Assembly (NCBI RefSeq): GCF_030684315.1
Contig: NC_081355.1
Span: 61,841,516-61,905,515 of the forward strand
Reading direction: 5' to 3'
DNA from: Stegostoma tigrinum
Taxonomy: Eukaryota
Length of the DNA stretch: 64,000 nt
Shown here: one piece after another, positions 63,901 to 64,000 of the stretch
Layout of the letters: the number at the start of each line of letters is the position of its first letter
Numbering within the stretch: position 1 is the first letter of the stretch
Made by a program: the position numbers and the translations under genes
Notes under the pieces: generated by a model
Seen by the model: the letters and a program-made list of their open reading frames with translations, nothing else
Told to the model about the DNA's origin: nothing
The model's database searches: none

Positions 63901-64000
63901 ATTAATCAAGCATGAAGAATCTAAGGCAGAGGAAGAAATGCTTCAGACCCCTTTGTTTTACAGACCACTAGCACTATCTTATCCATATCAGCATTTATCT

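Overview
Eukaryotic, repeat-dominated intergenic/intronic DNA with no host gene I can support. HE1-type V-SINEs point to an elasmobranch (shark/ray) genome (inference). Contents: many CR1 LINE fragments (one nearly full length, 52337-56275), two tRNA-derived SINE families, two families of Penelope-like elements (PLEs) whose pseudo-LTRs carry minimal hammerhead ribozyme (HHR) motifs and often form hairpin-shaped insertions with 13-16 bp TSDs, several Harbinger transposon fossils, two probable solo LTRs, and one full-length but decayed Tx1-clade retrotransposon (~40131-45470). Main observation: the Tx1 element sits inside stem II of a PLE hammerhead. An apparent ~14-bp TSD rebuilds the GAAAC-GUC half of the ribozyme at the 5' junction. 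The element then begins at the predicted cleavage site with a diverged ~45-nt copy of the PLE sequence that restores stem I. This suggests a retrotransposon that targets and borrows another retroelement's ribozyme. It rests on one copy, and that copy has a core mutation. Coordinates and mismatch counts were read by eye; edges of old repeats are approximate.
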